IMG/VR virus record: IMGVR_UViG_3300027710_000024
Strand: one strand, 5' to 3'
DNA length: 64,000 nt
Origin: an uncultured virus (IMG/VR IMGVR_UViG_3300027710_000024)
Lineage: Duplodnaviria; Heunggongvirae; Uroviricota; Caudoviricetes
Part shown: in pieces, positions 1 to 9,129 of the stretch
Numbering within the stretch: position 1 is the first letter of the stretch
Layout: every line of letters begins with the position of its first letter
The notes under the pieces: model-generated
The model's database searches: none
Told to the model about the DNA's origin: nothing
The model's input: the letters and a program-made list of their open reading frames with translations, nothing else
Program-made: the position numbers and the translations under genes

Positions 1-2
1 AG

Positions 3-365
3 CCAGTCGTACTGTCGGAGTCTGTAGATGCCTACATTAATGCTGGCAATACTACTCGTTTGCAGACTATCACAGGCTCAACTGGAGCCATTAATATCTC
101 CGTAACTAATGGTGCCGTTTCCCGCATGAGCTCATTAGCTGGAAACACAACCGTTACTTTTACAAACCTTCCTAGTGGATACGCTAATCAGTGGCTTGTT
201 GAAGTAGCCAACCGTGGCGCTAACACTGTTACATTTTCTGGAGTTACATGGGATGGCGGCTCAGCCCCAACTATCGTAGCTTCTGGAAAGACTGTTCTAA
301 AGTTCTACTCTACCGATGGTGGTACAACCATCTACGGTGCAGTAGAGTTCGCTAACATCGCTTAA
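3..365 (+). CDS. Virion/tail fibre protein, C-terminal part (5' truncated)
   Basis: Frame is open from nt 3 (PVVLSESVDAY...); T/G/S-rich, ends in a VTWDGGSAPT-type fibre domain. Confidence 0.6.
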   Translation, partial: PVVLSESVDAYINAGNTTRLQTITGSTGAINISVTNGAVSRMSSLAGNTTVTFTNLPSGYANQWLVEVANRGANTVTFSGVTWDGGSAPTIVASGKTVLKFYSTDGGTTIYGAVEFANIA

Positions 366-375
366 TTTTAAGATT

Positions 376-416
376 AGCTCCCCATCGTCCCCCGGGACTG
401 GTGGGGCTTTTCTTTT
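376..416 (+). terminator. Intrinsic terminator
   Basis: GC-rich hairpin agctccccatcgtccc/gggactggtggggct followed by a T-rich tract. Confidence 0.7.
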
Positions 417-430
417 GCTACACTATTAGT

Positions 431-1483
431 ATGAAAGTTGCTGTCTACGCCATAGCTCTAAATGAGGAGCAGTTTGTCAAACGATGGTATCACTCAGCAA
501 AAGAAGCGGACCTGCTTCTAATAGCTGACACTGGATCTACTGACAAAACGGTAGAACTAGCAAAATCTTTTGGAATTGAAACACACGTTATCTCAGTAAA
601 ACCTTGGAGGTTTGACGATGCTCGTAATGCTAGCCTCGCTCTTATCCCTGGGGATATTGATTACTGTATTGCTTTGGATCTCGACGAAGTTTTAGTTCCC
701 GGGTGGAGAAAACATTTAGAGGTGGCCTACACCAATAAATGGACTAGACCACAATATATGTTTACCACCAGCTGGAATCCGGATGGATCTCCCGGAATGC
801 AGTTTAGCGGAATCAGAATCCACGCTCGCCAAGGATATCGCTGGCAGTATCCTATTCACGAAGTTCCAAGTCCATATCGAATTCCTGAAACTCGTGGGTG
901 GATAGATCTACAGATAGAGCATCACCCCGATGAAAACAAGTCTCGTGGAGATTATTTAGGTTTACTTGAGGAAGCGGCTAAAGAGAATCCTTTAGACGAT
1001 CGTTGCGCTTTTTACTACGGTAGAGAACTTTACTTTTGGCGTAAATATCAAGAAGCCGCGGTACAGTTTAAAAGGCATTTAAAGTTAGACTCTGCAAAAT
1101 GGATTCCTGAAAGGGCATCTTCATACAGATACTTAGCTGAGTGTGAGCCTAATAATGCAGAGTTCTGGCTTAAGAAGGCTTACCTTGAGGATCCCTCAAG
1201 AAGAGAGTCATCAGTAAAGCTGGCTCAGCACTACCACGATCACGGTAAATGGAAAGAAGCCTATGAGTGGGCTACTAAAGCTTTAGAAATTGAAACCAAA
1301 CCACTTGATTACTTTTGCGAACCGTGGGCTTGGGGGCCACTTCCTCACGACTTACTAGCGTTAGCAAGTTATAACCTAAAAGAATACGAAACTGCAGCCC
1401 TACACGGGCAAATTGCTCTTAGTTTAGACCCCTCTAATGAGCGATATCAAGTTAATATGGGGTACTACCTTAGCCACATCTAA
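431..1483 (+). CDS. GT2 glycosyltransferase with C-terminal TPR repeats
   Basis: AIALNEE, ADTGSTD, LDLDE (DxD) motifs, then helical TPR-like repeats; ATG 431 preferred over GTG 401, which lies in the terminator. Confidence 0.85.
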   Translation: MKVAVYAIALNEEQFVKRWYHSAKEADLLLIADTGSTDKTVELAKSFGIETHVISVKPWRFDDARNASLALIPGDIDYCIALDLDEVLVPGWRKHLEVAYTNKWTRPQYMFTTSWNPDGSPGMQFSGIRIHARQGYRWQYPIHEVPSPYRIPETRGWIDLQIEHHPDENKSRGDYLGLLEEAAKENPLDDRCAFYYGRELYFWRKYQEAAVQFKRHLKLDSAKWIPERASSYRYLAECEPNNAEFWLKKAYLEDPSRRESSVKLAQHYHDHGKWKEAYEWATKALEIETKPLDYFCEPWAWGPLPHDLLALASYNLKEYETAALHGQIALSLDPSNERYQVNMGYYLSHI

Positions 1484-1497
1484 TTACAGGGAGCACA

Positions 1498-1842
1498 ATG
1501 CCTACAAATTATCTCATTCTTGGACAGGCTACACCATCCGGTTCAAACCTAGATCTATACTCTAGCCCTGCAGCTACCCAAACTATTGTCTCAACTATTG
1601 CGGTAGCCAATGTGACGCCAACCCTAGCAACTGCAACTATCTATGTTCGCAAGGCTACCGGTACAACCCCAGCTGTAGCTAGCACAGGAAACGCACTAGC
1701 TTTAACAGTACCTATTGCAGGCAACACAACACAAACATTTACTCTTGGAATAACCCTAGCCCCATATGACACAATTACTGTGGCTACAGGAACATCTTCA
1801 TCTATTACCTTTCACGCGTTTGGGAGTCAAATAACAGCATGA
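1498..1842 (+). CDS. Small virion structural protein
   Basis: T/A-rich beta-type protein, GGGAG RBS, fibre gene context. Confidence 0.55.
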   Translation: MPTNYLILGQATPSGSNLDLYSSPAATQTIVSTIAVANVTPTLATATIYVRKATGTTPAVASTGNALALTVPIAGNTTQTFTLGITLAPYDTITVATGTSSSITFHAFGSQITA

Positions 1843-2030
1843 CACGTAAAGAATTTCCTGAGAAACTTGAAACGATATCTTCTACAACTAACCTAGTTGT
1901 AGGTCCTGCCACAAGAGTAGTCTCACCAACAACAGTCACTACAGGGGCTCTTAGAAACGTTTTTGCATCTACTGCCGCACCCACAAGTACTGACGGTGCT
2001 GATGGGGACATCTGGTTTAAGTACGCGTAG
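1839..2030 (+). CDS. Short tail-fibre adaptor-like protein
   Basis: Ends APTSTDGADGDIWFKY, a motif typical of fibre proteins; ATGA overlap. Confidence 0.5.
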   Translation: MTRKEFPEKLETISSTTNLVVGPATRVVSPTTVTTGALRNVFASTAAPTSTDGADGDIWFKYA

Positions 2031-2033
2031 ACC

Positions 2034-3863
2034 ATGGCCAAGTACGTAAAAGTAGCTGGTGCGTGGAAAACGGTATCTCCGGATACTGACTCCGTACAAA
2101 CAGCCTACGTAAAAGTAAACGGAACCTGGTTAGGTGTGACTAACGCCTACGTAAAAGTTGCGGGTACTTGGCGATCAATCTTTACATATAGCGCTTTTGT
2201 TGTCCCAAATGTTGTGGGCCAAGTTTTGGCTACCGGTAGAACAAATATAACTAACTCCGGAAATACTCCTGGAACAAATACTATACTTAATAATGCTAAT
2301 GGCGCTACTCCAGCAAACAACGGAAACATTGCTTCACAGAGCGTAACTCCAGGCGTATATCTATCAGCTCAAACAGTAAACCTTAGTTATTACGTATTTA
2401 CATTTATTACCGTCCCAAATGTTGTGGGTCAAACCGAAGCAACTGCAAATGCTTTAATTACTAACGCAGGAAACACAGTAGGTTCAGTTCTAAGAAGCGC
2501 ATCTGGGGCAACCGCTAACAACCACAATACAGTTGCAAGTCAAACTATTCCTGCAGGAAGTAGCTACACTACTGCTCAAACTGTTGGGTATACTCTTTAT
2601 AATTATACAGTACCTACTCCAAGCCGACCTTCGGTTTCTCTTGTATCTAAAGGATCAAATACATTTACTTTTGCAACTTTTTTTGGTGCAAATACCACAA
2701 GCGCTTTAGCCTATTACGGGCCTGCTGGATCGGGTAACCAAGTTTTTTGGGGAACTATAAATTCTAATGGCGGTCAAGCAGTAGTTACTGGATTGACTCC
2801 TGGAGCATCGTACTCATTTATGTCTTACCCGGTAAACACGGAAAACGTAAATACCCTTGGAAGCGTACAACAAGGTGGGTTACCGTCCCTTACAGGATCG
2901 GGAGACCCAGTAACTCTTGATAACGTTCCAGCACCTACTTCCGGCAGCATAAGCCAAAACCCAGCTTCTGGCACAATTAATATAGGTACTACAATAACCG
3001 CTTCAACTTCTGGGTGGAACAACAACCCTACAAGTGTTGAAATTAAACTTGTTCGCGGTACTGCTGGAGTTGTTGAGGGCGAAGATGCCGGTAATAATCC
3101 ACGAGCCACCGGTTCTGGATCTACTTCTGCATCACTAAGCTACCTCGTAACACAAGCGGACTACGACTCTGGAAAAAGATTCTTTAGGGCTTTTGCTCGC
3201 GCATCTAATGCTGGCGGTACTTCTGGTTGGATCCAAACCGGGGTGGATATTGGTTCTATAAACGCTCCGGGACCGTCGGCACCTAACCCACCAACAAATC
3301 CTAGTGGTGTAGACAATCTTAGCCCTACCGGAGGTACATTTAGTTGGGGCGCTGGATCGGGTGGCAGCGGTACTTTGTCTTACGTATGGGATATCTACAC
3401 TAGTGGTGGGTCGTATGTAACTGGTGGCGGCGGCGCCGTATTGTCTGTTCAACTTAGACAAGCCGGAACATTCTACATACGAGTTCAAACTTTTGACGTT
3501 AATACTGGTCTTTCATCAGCATTTGTACAGTCTCCTAACGTTACCTTTACAACCGTGGCGGTGTCAAGTCCGCCAAATATTAGTGTTACGAACACTTACA
3601 ATGGCGGAAGCCCTAATAGCTGGACATTAACGATTTCAAACAGTGGTGGCGCGGCTACGTCATACAGTTGGGGACTTCAATTCTCTAACTCAAATGGCGG
3701 TTCTGTTTTAGCGTCAACTACTGGTAGCGGCGGAACAATTGCTGCTGGGGGATCTGTTCAAGTAACAAGAAACAGCTCTACATATAGCTGGGCTAGATGG
3801 GTTAGCGTAACAGCGTCAAATGGAGACGGTTCATCCGGACCACTCTCTACAGGCTGGGCATAG
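2034..3863 (+). CDS. Tail fibre/adhesin with two PASTA-like repeats and FN3/Ig-like domains
   Basis: Three N-terminal YVKVxGxW repeats; VPNVVGQ twice; GLTPGASYSF (FN3-like); G/S/T-rich. Confidence 0.65.
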   Translation: MAKYVKVAGAWKTVSPDTDSVQTAYVKVNGTWLGVTNAYVKVAGTWRSIFTYSAFVVPNVVGQVLATGRTNITNSGNTPGTNTILNNANGATPANNGNIASQSVTPGVYLSAQTVNLSYYVFTFITVPNVVGQTEATANALITNAGNTVGSVLRSASGATANNHNTVASQTIPAGSSYTTAQTVGYTLYNYTVPTPSRPSVSLVSKGSNTFTFATFFGANTTSALAYYGPAGSGNQVFWGTINSNGGQAVVTGLTPGASYSFMSYPVNTENVNTLGSVQQGGLPSLTGSGDPVTLDNVPAPTSGSISQNPASGTINIGTTITASTSGWNNNPTSVEIKLVRGTAGVVEGEDAGNNPRATGSGSTSASLSYLVTQADYDSGKRFFRAFARASNAGGTSGWIQTGVDIGSINAPGPSAPNPPTNPSGVDNLSPTGGTFSWGAGSGGSGTLSYVWDIYTSGGSYVTGGGGAVLSVQLRQAGTFYIRVQTFDVNTGLSSAFVQSPNVTFTTVAVSSPPNISVTNTYNGGSPNSWTLTISNSGGAATSYSWGLQFSNSNGGSVLASTTGSGGTIAAGGSVQVTRNSSTYSWARWVSVTASNGDGSSGPLSTGWA

Positions 3864-3871
3864 GAGAAGAC

Positions 3872-4462
3872 ATGCGTGGAGAACAACGTCAAGGACGCTT
3901 TGATGTACCTAATGAACGTAAGTCTATAATTTCGGGCATTACCAAAGAGATAGTTCGTACTGTTGGTAGTGACATTGAGTGGTGGACCTATGATGAACCG
4001 AGCACTGTAGTAGACCCAATCTACGACGTAGGTAGCTCAAACCCAAGTACCGGAGGACGTCGTTGGCATGGCCCTCTTATAATTCCATGTATTAATGCCG
4101 TTATCTATCAGGGCGTAACTATGCAAAGCGACCGCGGTTTCTATAACGTTGACGTTTTAAGGGTTACCTTTAATATGGATATCGTCGAGCGAAGCACTGA
4201 TCTTTACGGGTCAAGCAGCACCACTTCCGCCCACTTTAAAACCCTTGTTGATAACCCCGATGAATTTTTACGAGATCGCCTAGTATTTAGAAACGAAGTA
4301 TTTACCCCTACAAAAATGTCTCCTAGGGGAATTATGAATAATAAGTACACCTTGTTTTCCTTAGACTGTAATCAAGTGAATCCTGAAGAACTGGTCAATG
4401 ACCCACAGTTTTCTAAGTATGCCTCTTATGACCCATTTAATGAGGTACCACCAAATGCCTAG
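3872..4462 (+). CDS. Putative head-tail connector/neck protein
   Basis: Position upstream of tail genes; AGGAG RBS. Confidence 0.45.
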   Translation: MRGEQRQGRFDVPNERKSIISGITKEIVRTVGSDIEWWTYDEPSTVVDPIYDVGSSNPSTGGRRWHGPLIIPCINAVIYQGVTMQSDRGFYNVDVLRVTFNMDIVERSTDLYGSSSTTSAHFKTLVDNPDEFLRDRLVFRNEVFTPTKMSPRGIMNNKYTLFSLDCNQVNPEELVNDPQFSKYASYDPFNEVPPNA

Positions 4463-4721
4463 TAACGTAAACCCTAAAACACCTAAAGCTATAGGGCCGG
4501 CAAAGGCAACCTCAGCTAAAACGGTAAAAGCTGGGTTTAAGTCTGCCGAATCTTGGTCAAAAAAGTCCTCTGGAAAGTGGAAGGGCGGGCAAGCTAGAAC
4601 CCTATCCCCGGGATCTACGGGGGCCATAACTAAGAGATTAAGTAGTAACAAATATAAGGCTTTGGGTAAGAAAGTAATACGCCCAAGAATACGTAAACAG
4701 TTTAGGCCTAAAGAAAAATAG
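4455..4721 (+). CDS. Small Lys-rich hypothetical protein
   Basis: GAGG RBS before ATG 4455; very basic. Confidence 0.55.
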   Translation: MPSNVNPKTPKAIGPAKATSAKTVKAGFKSAESWSKKSSGKWKGGQARTLSPGSTGAITKRLSSNKYKALGKKVIRPRIRKQFRPKEK

Positions 4722-4824
4722 TCTCACTTAGGGCTTCTTTTAAACGTCTTTGCCTTATCCTTAGAGCGACGCCCAGGCAACTGGGAACCCTGCTGATATA
4801 CCTTGCACCTCATATGGAGGAATT

Positions 4825-4986
4825 ATGATCTTTTTAGTCAATCGGCTAAACCGTGCTGAAACGGAAGCTGACAAAGAAGAGTTTGTTCGAGGAATCGTTG
4901 GCCTTAATACAGGCGGCGAACGTAAAGCTGCAGCGGGATTTATAGCTGGGTATTTACTCTCGAAAGCCCTTCGTAAAAATGGCTAG
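4825..4986 (+). CDS. Small hypothetical protein (53 aa, not in ORF track)
   Basis: GGAGG RBS; MIFLVNRLNRAETEADKEEFVRG...RKNG; overlaps the next start. Confidence 0.6.
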   Translation: MIFLVNRLNRAETEADKEEFVRGIVGLNTGGERKAAAGFIAGYLLSKALRKNG

Positions 4987-5257
4987 TATAACTAAACAAT
5001 TAAAGATCAAACTTTACAAGGAATTATCAGCGTCTGCTGAAAAACACACCCTCACACTACAGTATGAGGCGCTTCTTGCTGGGTGGCCAGAAAACCTAGC
5101 TACAAAACTTGAGGTTCGCCCTAATCCTAACGGCAGCCTAAAAGTATCCTACCCTAAAGAGCTTGAGAATAAGATTCTAGCTTTTGAATATGGCGACGAA
5201 GATACCCCCCCATCTCCAGTAATGCGAAATTACTTTACTAAGATTGGGGTAAATTAA
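4979..5257 (+). CDS. Putative neck/tail completion protein
   Basis: FEYG...P.PVMR motif; position before the tail terminator and sheath. Confidence 0.45.
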   Translation: MASITKQLKIKLYKELSASAEKHTLTLQYEALLAGWPENLATKLEVRPNPNGSLKVSYPKELENKILAFEYGDEDTPPSPVMRNYFTKIGVN

Positions 5258-5886
5258 TGCCATTTATTTTAAATGAGGAAAAAGCTCTTAAGAGCCTTTT
5301 GTCCGGCCTTACAGTTTCAGATGCGGGAAACCAAGCACGACCTGTAGGGGTCTTCTACGGCCAACCGGACAAAGAAATCCGTCAACAGGCGTATCCTTAT
5401 ATGACTATTGACCTAATTAACATTTCAGAAGCAACCGAACGAGTACAGTCTGGAATAGTGACCGTCCCCTACCAACCAGAAGGTTGGGACGGAAACTCTA
5501 GTCGAGACACGTTCTATCCAATGCCAATAAATCTTGATTATCAAATATCAACTTTTTCTAGGCAGCCTCGGCATGACCGACAAATTTTAGGCGGACTATT
5601 TTCTATAGGTCGCTTGCCAGTTAGATTTGGATCTATCTACGTACCAGAAGACAACACTTGGCGTCGACTGGACATGTTGGGTTTTTCCAAGAGAGACAGT
5701 ACTGAGTCTGAAAAACGACTTTTTATGAATGTCTACTCAATTAGAATTAGTTCTGAACTATTTAGAACTGGTTTTGAAAGAACAGGCGTTCCGGTTACTA
5801 CTAGAAATATTAGTATCCGTGGCACTGATCAATCAAATGTATCAATATATGAACTGTTACAACTACAACAAGCACAACCCGCATAA
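5257..5886 (+). CDS. Tail terminator/completion protein
   Basis: YPYMTIDLI and PMPINLDYQI motifs; directly upstream of the sheath. Confidence 0.55.
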   Translation: MPFILNEEKALKSLLSGLTVSDAGNQARPVGVFYGQPDKEIRQQAYPYMTIDLINISEATERVQSGIVTVPYQPEGWDGNSSRDTFYPMPINLDYQISTFSRQPRHDRQILGGLFSIGRLPVRFGSIYVPEDNTWRRLDMLGFSKRDSTESEKRLFMNVYSIRISSELFRTGFERTGVPVTTRNISIRGTDQSNVSIYELLQLQQAQPA

Positions 5887-5934
5887 TAATCGGACCCCCT
5901 ATGAAAACAACTAACCTATTAAGGAGAAAACCGA

Positions 5935-7512
5935 ATGTCTACATTTAATAGACCGGGCGTATTTATTCAAGAAGTGGAACTTCCACAAACCATAGAGCTT
6001 GCCGAAAGTGGCAACGCTATTGGAGTTTTTGTTGGTGCTCTTGCAAAAGGCCCAACAGCTGTTCCAGTCCTTCTTAGTTCTTGGACACAGTTTGTAAAAA
6101 CTTTTGGTGCATTGGATGACGCCTACCCAACAACTTGGGCAGCCTATAACTTTTTTGCAAATGGCGGACGCCAGCTGTATATTAAGCGAGTTACTGGATC
6201 TGGCGCGGCAGCCGCATCAGTTACTCTTACTGACAAGTCTCAAGCACAGCTAAACACAATCTTAGTATCTGCAAATAACCCAGGAGTTTGGGGAAATAGC
6301 CTTGCAGTTCAGGTTCGAGCCGCAGGAACTTCAACTCGTTTTGGTCTTGCAGTGTATGGCCCACCTACAATTGCGGGCAACGCAACCTCTAACCTAATCG
6401 AACAATACACAGATCTAAGCATGAATAGTACAGATCCTCGTTACTTCGTTTCTGTTATTAACCCAAGCTCTTCAGTTATTTCAGTATCTGATCTTAACTC
6501 TGCATCTACAGCGCCAGATGATATGCCTACTATTGGAGCTACTCTATACGCGCTTGGATCAACAACTGCTGGAGCAGACGGATCTGCTCCAACACGTACT
6601 AATATCTCGACTGCACTAGCAACTTTGGATCCAATCCAAAACCCACTAGTAATTAACGTTCCAGCTATTGCGTACACATACACAACATCTCTTACATCTA
6701 CAGAACGAACTCTTGCAATCAATATGTCAGCTGACTTAGTGTCTTATTGCGAAGGTCGTGGAGATTCATTTGCTGTTCTAGATACTCCAGCAGGACTTAC
6801 AGTAGCTGAAGCTCAGACATTTGTTGATGATGTGTCTACTGCTTTTGCTGCAAGCTCAGCAGGTGGATGCGCAGCATTCTACTATCCTTGGGTTTTGATT
6901 CCAAATGCTTTGCGTTCTACACCTGGAGCTACACGTCTTCAGGCACCTGGCGCAGCAGTTGTAGGTCAATACCTAGCGACAGACGCTTCTCGCGGAGTGT
7001 TTAAGACACCTGCAGGACTAGGAAACCAAATTGCTCTAGCTGTTACTACAGAAAGACAATTTACAAACGCAGAACTTGATTCTATCAATACCTCTGCTAA
7101 CCCAATTAACGCAATTCGAGCAGTACCTGGAGCTGGAATTGTAATTATGGGTGGTAGGACTCTAAATAATACCCCAGGAAATCGCTACATTAATATCCGC
7201 AGATCTTTAAGCTACCTTAAGAAAGAGCTTACAGACCTAACGTCATTTGCGATTTTTGAAAATAATGATGCTAGATTGTGGTTGCGACTAAATGTCACTA
7301 TCTCAAACTTCCTAGGATCATACTGGCAACAAGGTGGTTTGCGTGGAGCAACTACTGCTGATGCCTTCTTTGTACGATGTGATGAGACTATCAATAGCGA
7401 AGCGGACATTATGAATGGCCGTGTAAATATTGAAGTTGGAGTCGCTTTAGAATACCCAGCTGAGTTTGTTGTTATCAAACTGGGTCAAATTACTAGCAAC
7501 GCTACGGCCTAA
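5935..7512 (+). CDS. Tail sheath protein
   Basis: RPGVFIQE, FFANGG, YYPW, RGVFKTPA, RYINIRR, FENND, PAEFVVI sheath motifs. Confidence 0.97.
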   Translation: MSTFNRPGVFIQEVELPQTIELAESGNAIGVFVGALAKGPTAVPVLLSSWTQFVKTFGALDDAYPTTWAAYNFFANGGRQLYIKRVTGSGAAAASVTLTDKSQAQLNTILVSANNPGVWGNSLAVQVRAAGTSTRFGLAVYGPPTIAGNATSNLIEQYTDLSMNSTDPRYFVSVINPSSSVISVSDLNSASTAPDDMPTIGATLYALGSTTAGADGSAPTRTNISTALATLDPIQNPLVINVPAIAYTYTTSLTSTERTLAINMSADLVSYCEGRGDSFAVLDTPAGLTVAEAQTFVDDVSTAFAASSAGGCAAFYYPWVLIPNALRSTPGATRLQAPGAAVVGQYLATDASRGVFKTPAGLGNQIALAVTTERQFTNAELDSINTSANPINAIRAVPGAGIVIMGGRTLNNTPGNRYINIRRSLSYLKKELTDLTSFAIFENNDARLWLRLNVTISNFLGSYWQQGGLRGATTADAFFVRCDETINSEADIMNGRVNIEVGVALEYPAEFVVIKLGQITSNATA

Positions 7513-7526
7513 GGAGATAAACAAAC

Positions 7527-8156
7527 ATGGCACTTTCAGTCGATAATATCAAGAGACAGTTAACTACTGATCCAGTACGTACGTTTAAGTTTTTAGTAAC
7601 TTTTACGCCAAATACTGATGATTCAAAGTGGGACACGACTGCTTGGAATAAGATGGGTTTTGTATCTGTTTCCGGTCTTAGTGTTTCAACAGAACCTATT
7701 GCATACCGTGAAGGCGGCTACAACACAAACGTACACCAGATTCCTGGTCAGTCTTCTTTCACACCAATCACTCTGTCACACGGCGTGATGCTTGGACAGA
7801 ATCAAAACCAGAAGTGGATGAAGCGTCTATTTGCAATGATGACTCCTCGCGCAACAGCGGGAGTTGGAGCAGATTTTCGTTGCACCCTTGATATCGCGGT
7901 ACTAAGCCACCCAAACCCAGCAGGATTCGATGTTGCTGGTGGCGGAACTAGTGGAAAAGCTGCGCTAACCGATGGCGGACAGCACACCTCTATGCGTTTT
8001 AGAGTATATAACGCATGGATTGCAAACCTAGGTTACAGCAGCCTTGATGCAGGTCAAAGCACCCTAATGGTTGAAGAAATGACAATCGTTCACGAAGGCT
8101 TTGATGTTATACTTGCAGACAGCTTTGCCGCAACAGCCGGTCAATTTAGCGCATAA
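7527..8156 (+). CDS. Tail tube protein (T4 gp19-like)
   Basis: DPVRTFKF, VSGL, YREGG, PG...ITL, VEEMTIVHEG. Confidence 0.93.
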   Translation: MALSVDNIKRQLTTDPVRTFKFLVTFTPNTDDSKWDTTAWNKMGFVSVSGLSVSTEPIAYREGGYNTNVHQIPGQSSFTPITLSHGVMLGQNQNQKWMKRLFAMMTPRATAGVGADFRCTLDIAVLSHPNPAGFDVAGGGTSGKAALTDGGQHTSMRFRVYNAWIANLGYSSLDAGQSTLMVEEMTIVHEGFDVILADSFAATAGQFSA

Positions 8157-8180
8157 TTAAAAAAGAAATAGGTGCACAAC

Positions 8181-8999
8181 ATGGCAAATGAAACAATCGT
8201 AGTTGCAACGGATAATCCGGCTGCAGCTAACAAACTCGTAGAAGATGCTCTTAACTCTGCTGAGGCAACGCAGCTGGAAAAACCTCCAGTTGTGTTGCCT
8301 CCAGACGGGGAAGTTACCCTACCTGGTGGTCTTTATGACCCATTTGAGGGGTCAATTTCAACCGCGGTTGTTCGAGAACTAACCGGGGCTGATGAGGAAG
8401 TAATTGCTAAGATTTTAGATCCTGGTAAATCACTCCTAACTATCCTTGAAAGAGCAGTAATTAAAATTGGTGACGAAGAAGCCACAAAAGAAACCCTAGA
8501 TCAACTTCTAGCTGGAGACCGAGAAATGCTTCTTCTAGCCATCAGAAAAATTACTTTTGGTGAGGAAGTAACCGTTGGTCCAGGACTGTGCCCAACTTGT
8601 CAAGAAGAACAGACAGTTACAATTCATCTAACAGATGACGTTGAGATTAAGACTCTTGACGAAAAAGATCGAGTTTTTACTTTAAAGTGTAAAGTGGGAA
8701 TTGTAGAGGCAACACTACCTAGTGGAGCTGTACAAAAGACACTTGTAAATGCCTCAAGTAAAAACTCTGCAGAACTAGACAGCCTTCTACTGCAGGGCTG
8801 TATAGTAAGTATTAATGGTTTGCCAATAACAAACCCGCAGATAGTTAAAGATTTAAGCATTAAAGATCGAAGAGACATACTCAAAGCAATAACAGACCGC
8901 AATCCTGGTCCACAACTCGGTGCAATTAAGAAAGCTTGTCAGTCTTGTGGTTCGGAGGTACCACTTCCGCTAACTTTAGCGGAACTATTTCAAGAGTGA
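8181..8999 (+). CDS. Tail assembly chaperone/baseplate hub assembly protein
   Basis: VRELTGADEE, LLAGDR..LLLAIR, two CxxC pairs; lies between tube and TMP. Confidence 0.75.
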   Translation: MANETIVVATDNPAAANKLVEDALNSAEATQLEKPPVVLPPDGEVTLPGGLYDPFEGSISTAVVRELTGADEEVIAKILDPGKSLLTILERAVIKIGDEEATKETLDQLLAGDREMLLLAIRKITFGEEVTVGPGLCPTCQEEQTVTIHLTDDVEIKTLDEKDRVFTLKCKVGIVEATLPSGAVQKTLVNASSKNSAELDSLLLQGCIVSINGLPITNPQIVKDLSIKDRRDILKAITDRNPGPQLGAIKKACQSCGSEVPLPLTLAELFQE

Positions 9000-9126
9000 G
9001 TTAAGCTACGAATTACTCATAGAATCCTATGACATTCTTAGCAAAAGCTACCCTGGATGGACCCTAGACGACATAAAGCACCTCTCATTTAGAGAGAGAA
9101 CCATGTGGATACTACGAATTAGATAG
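8980..9126 (+). CDS. Start-less ORF, probable frameshift extension of the tail chaperone
   Basis: +1 frame reads FKSELSYELLIESYDILSKSYPGWTLDDIKHLSFRERTMWILRIR; no usable start codon. Confidence 0.6.
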   Translation, partial: RNYFKSELSYELLIESYDILSKSYPGWTLDDIKHLSFRERTMWILRIR

Positions 9127-9129
9127 GCG

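Noticed and set aside
2028..2036. Possible amber read-through joining the 63-aa ORF to the adhesin (TAG ACC ATG, in frame)
   Set aside because: In-frame spacing happens by chance one time in three, reinitiation explains it, and other TAG stops look like normal gene ends
4727..4790. Resemblance to a pistol ribozyme (TTAGGGC...TAAA)
   Set aside because: The P1 stem and pseudoknot partner are not properly formed
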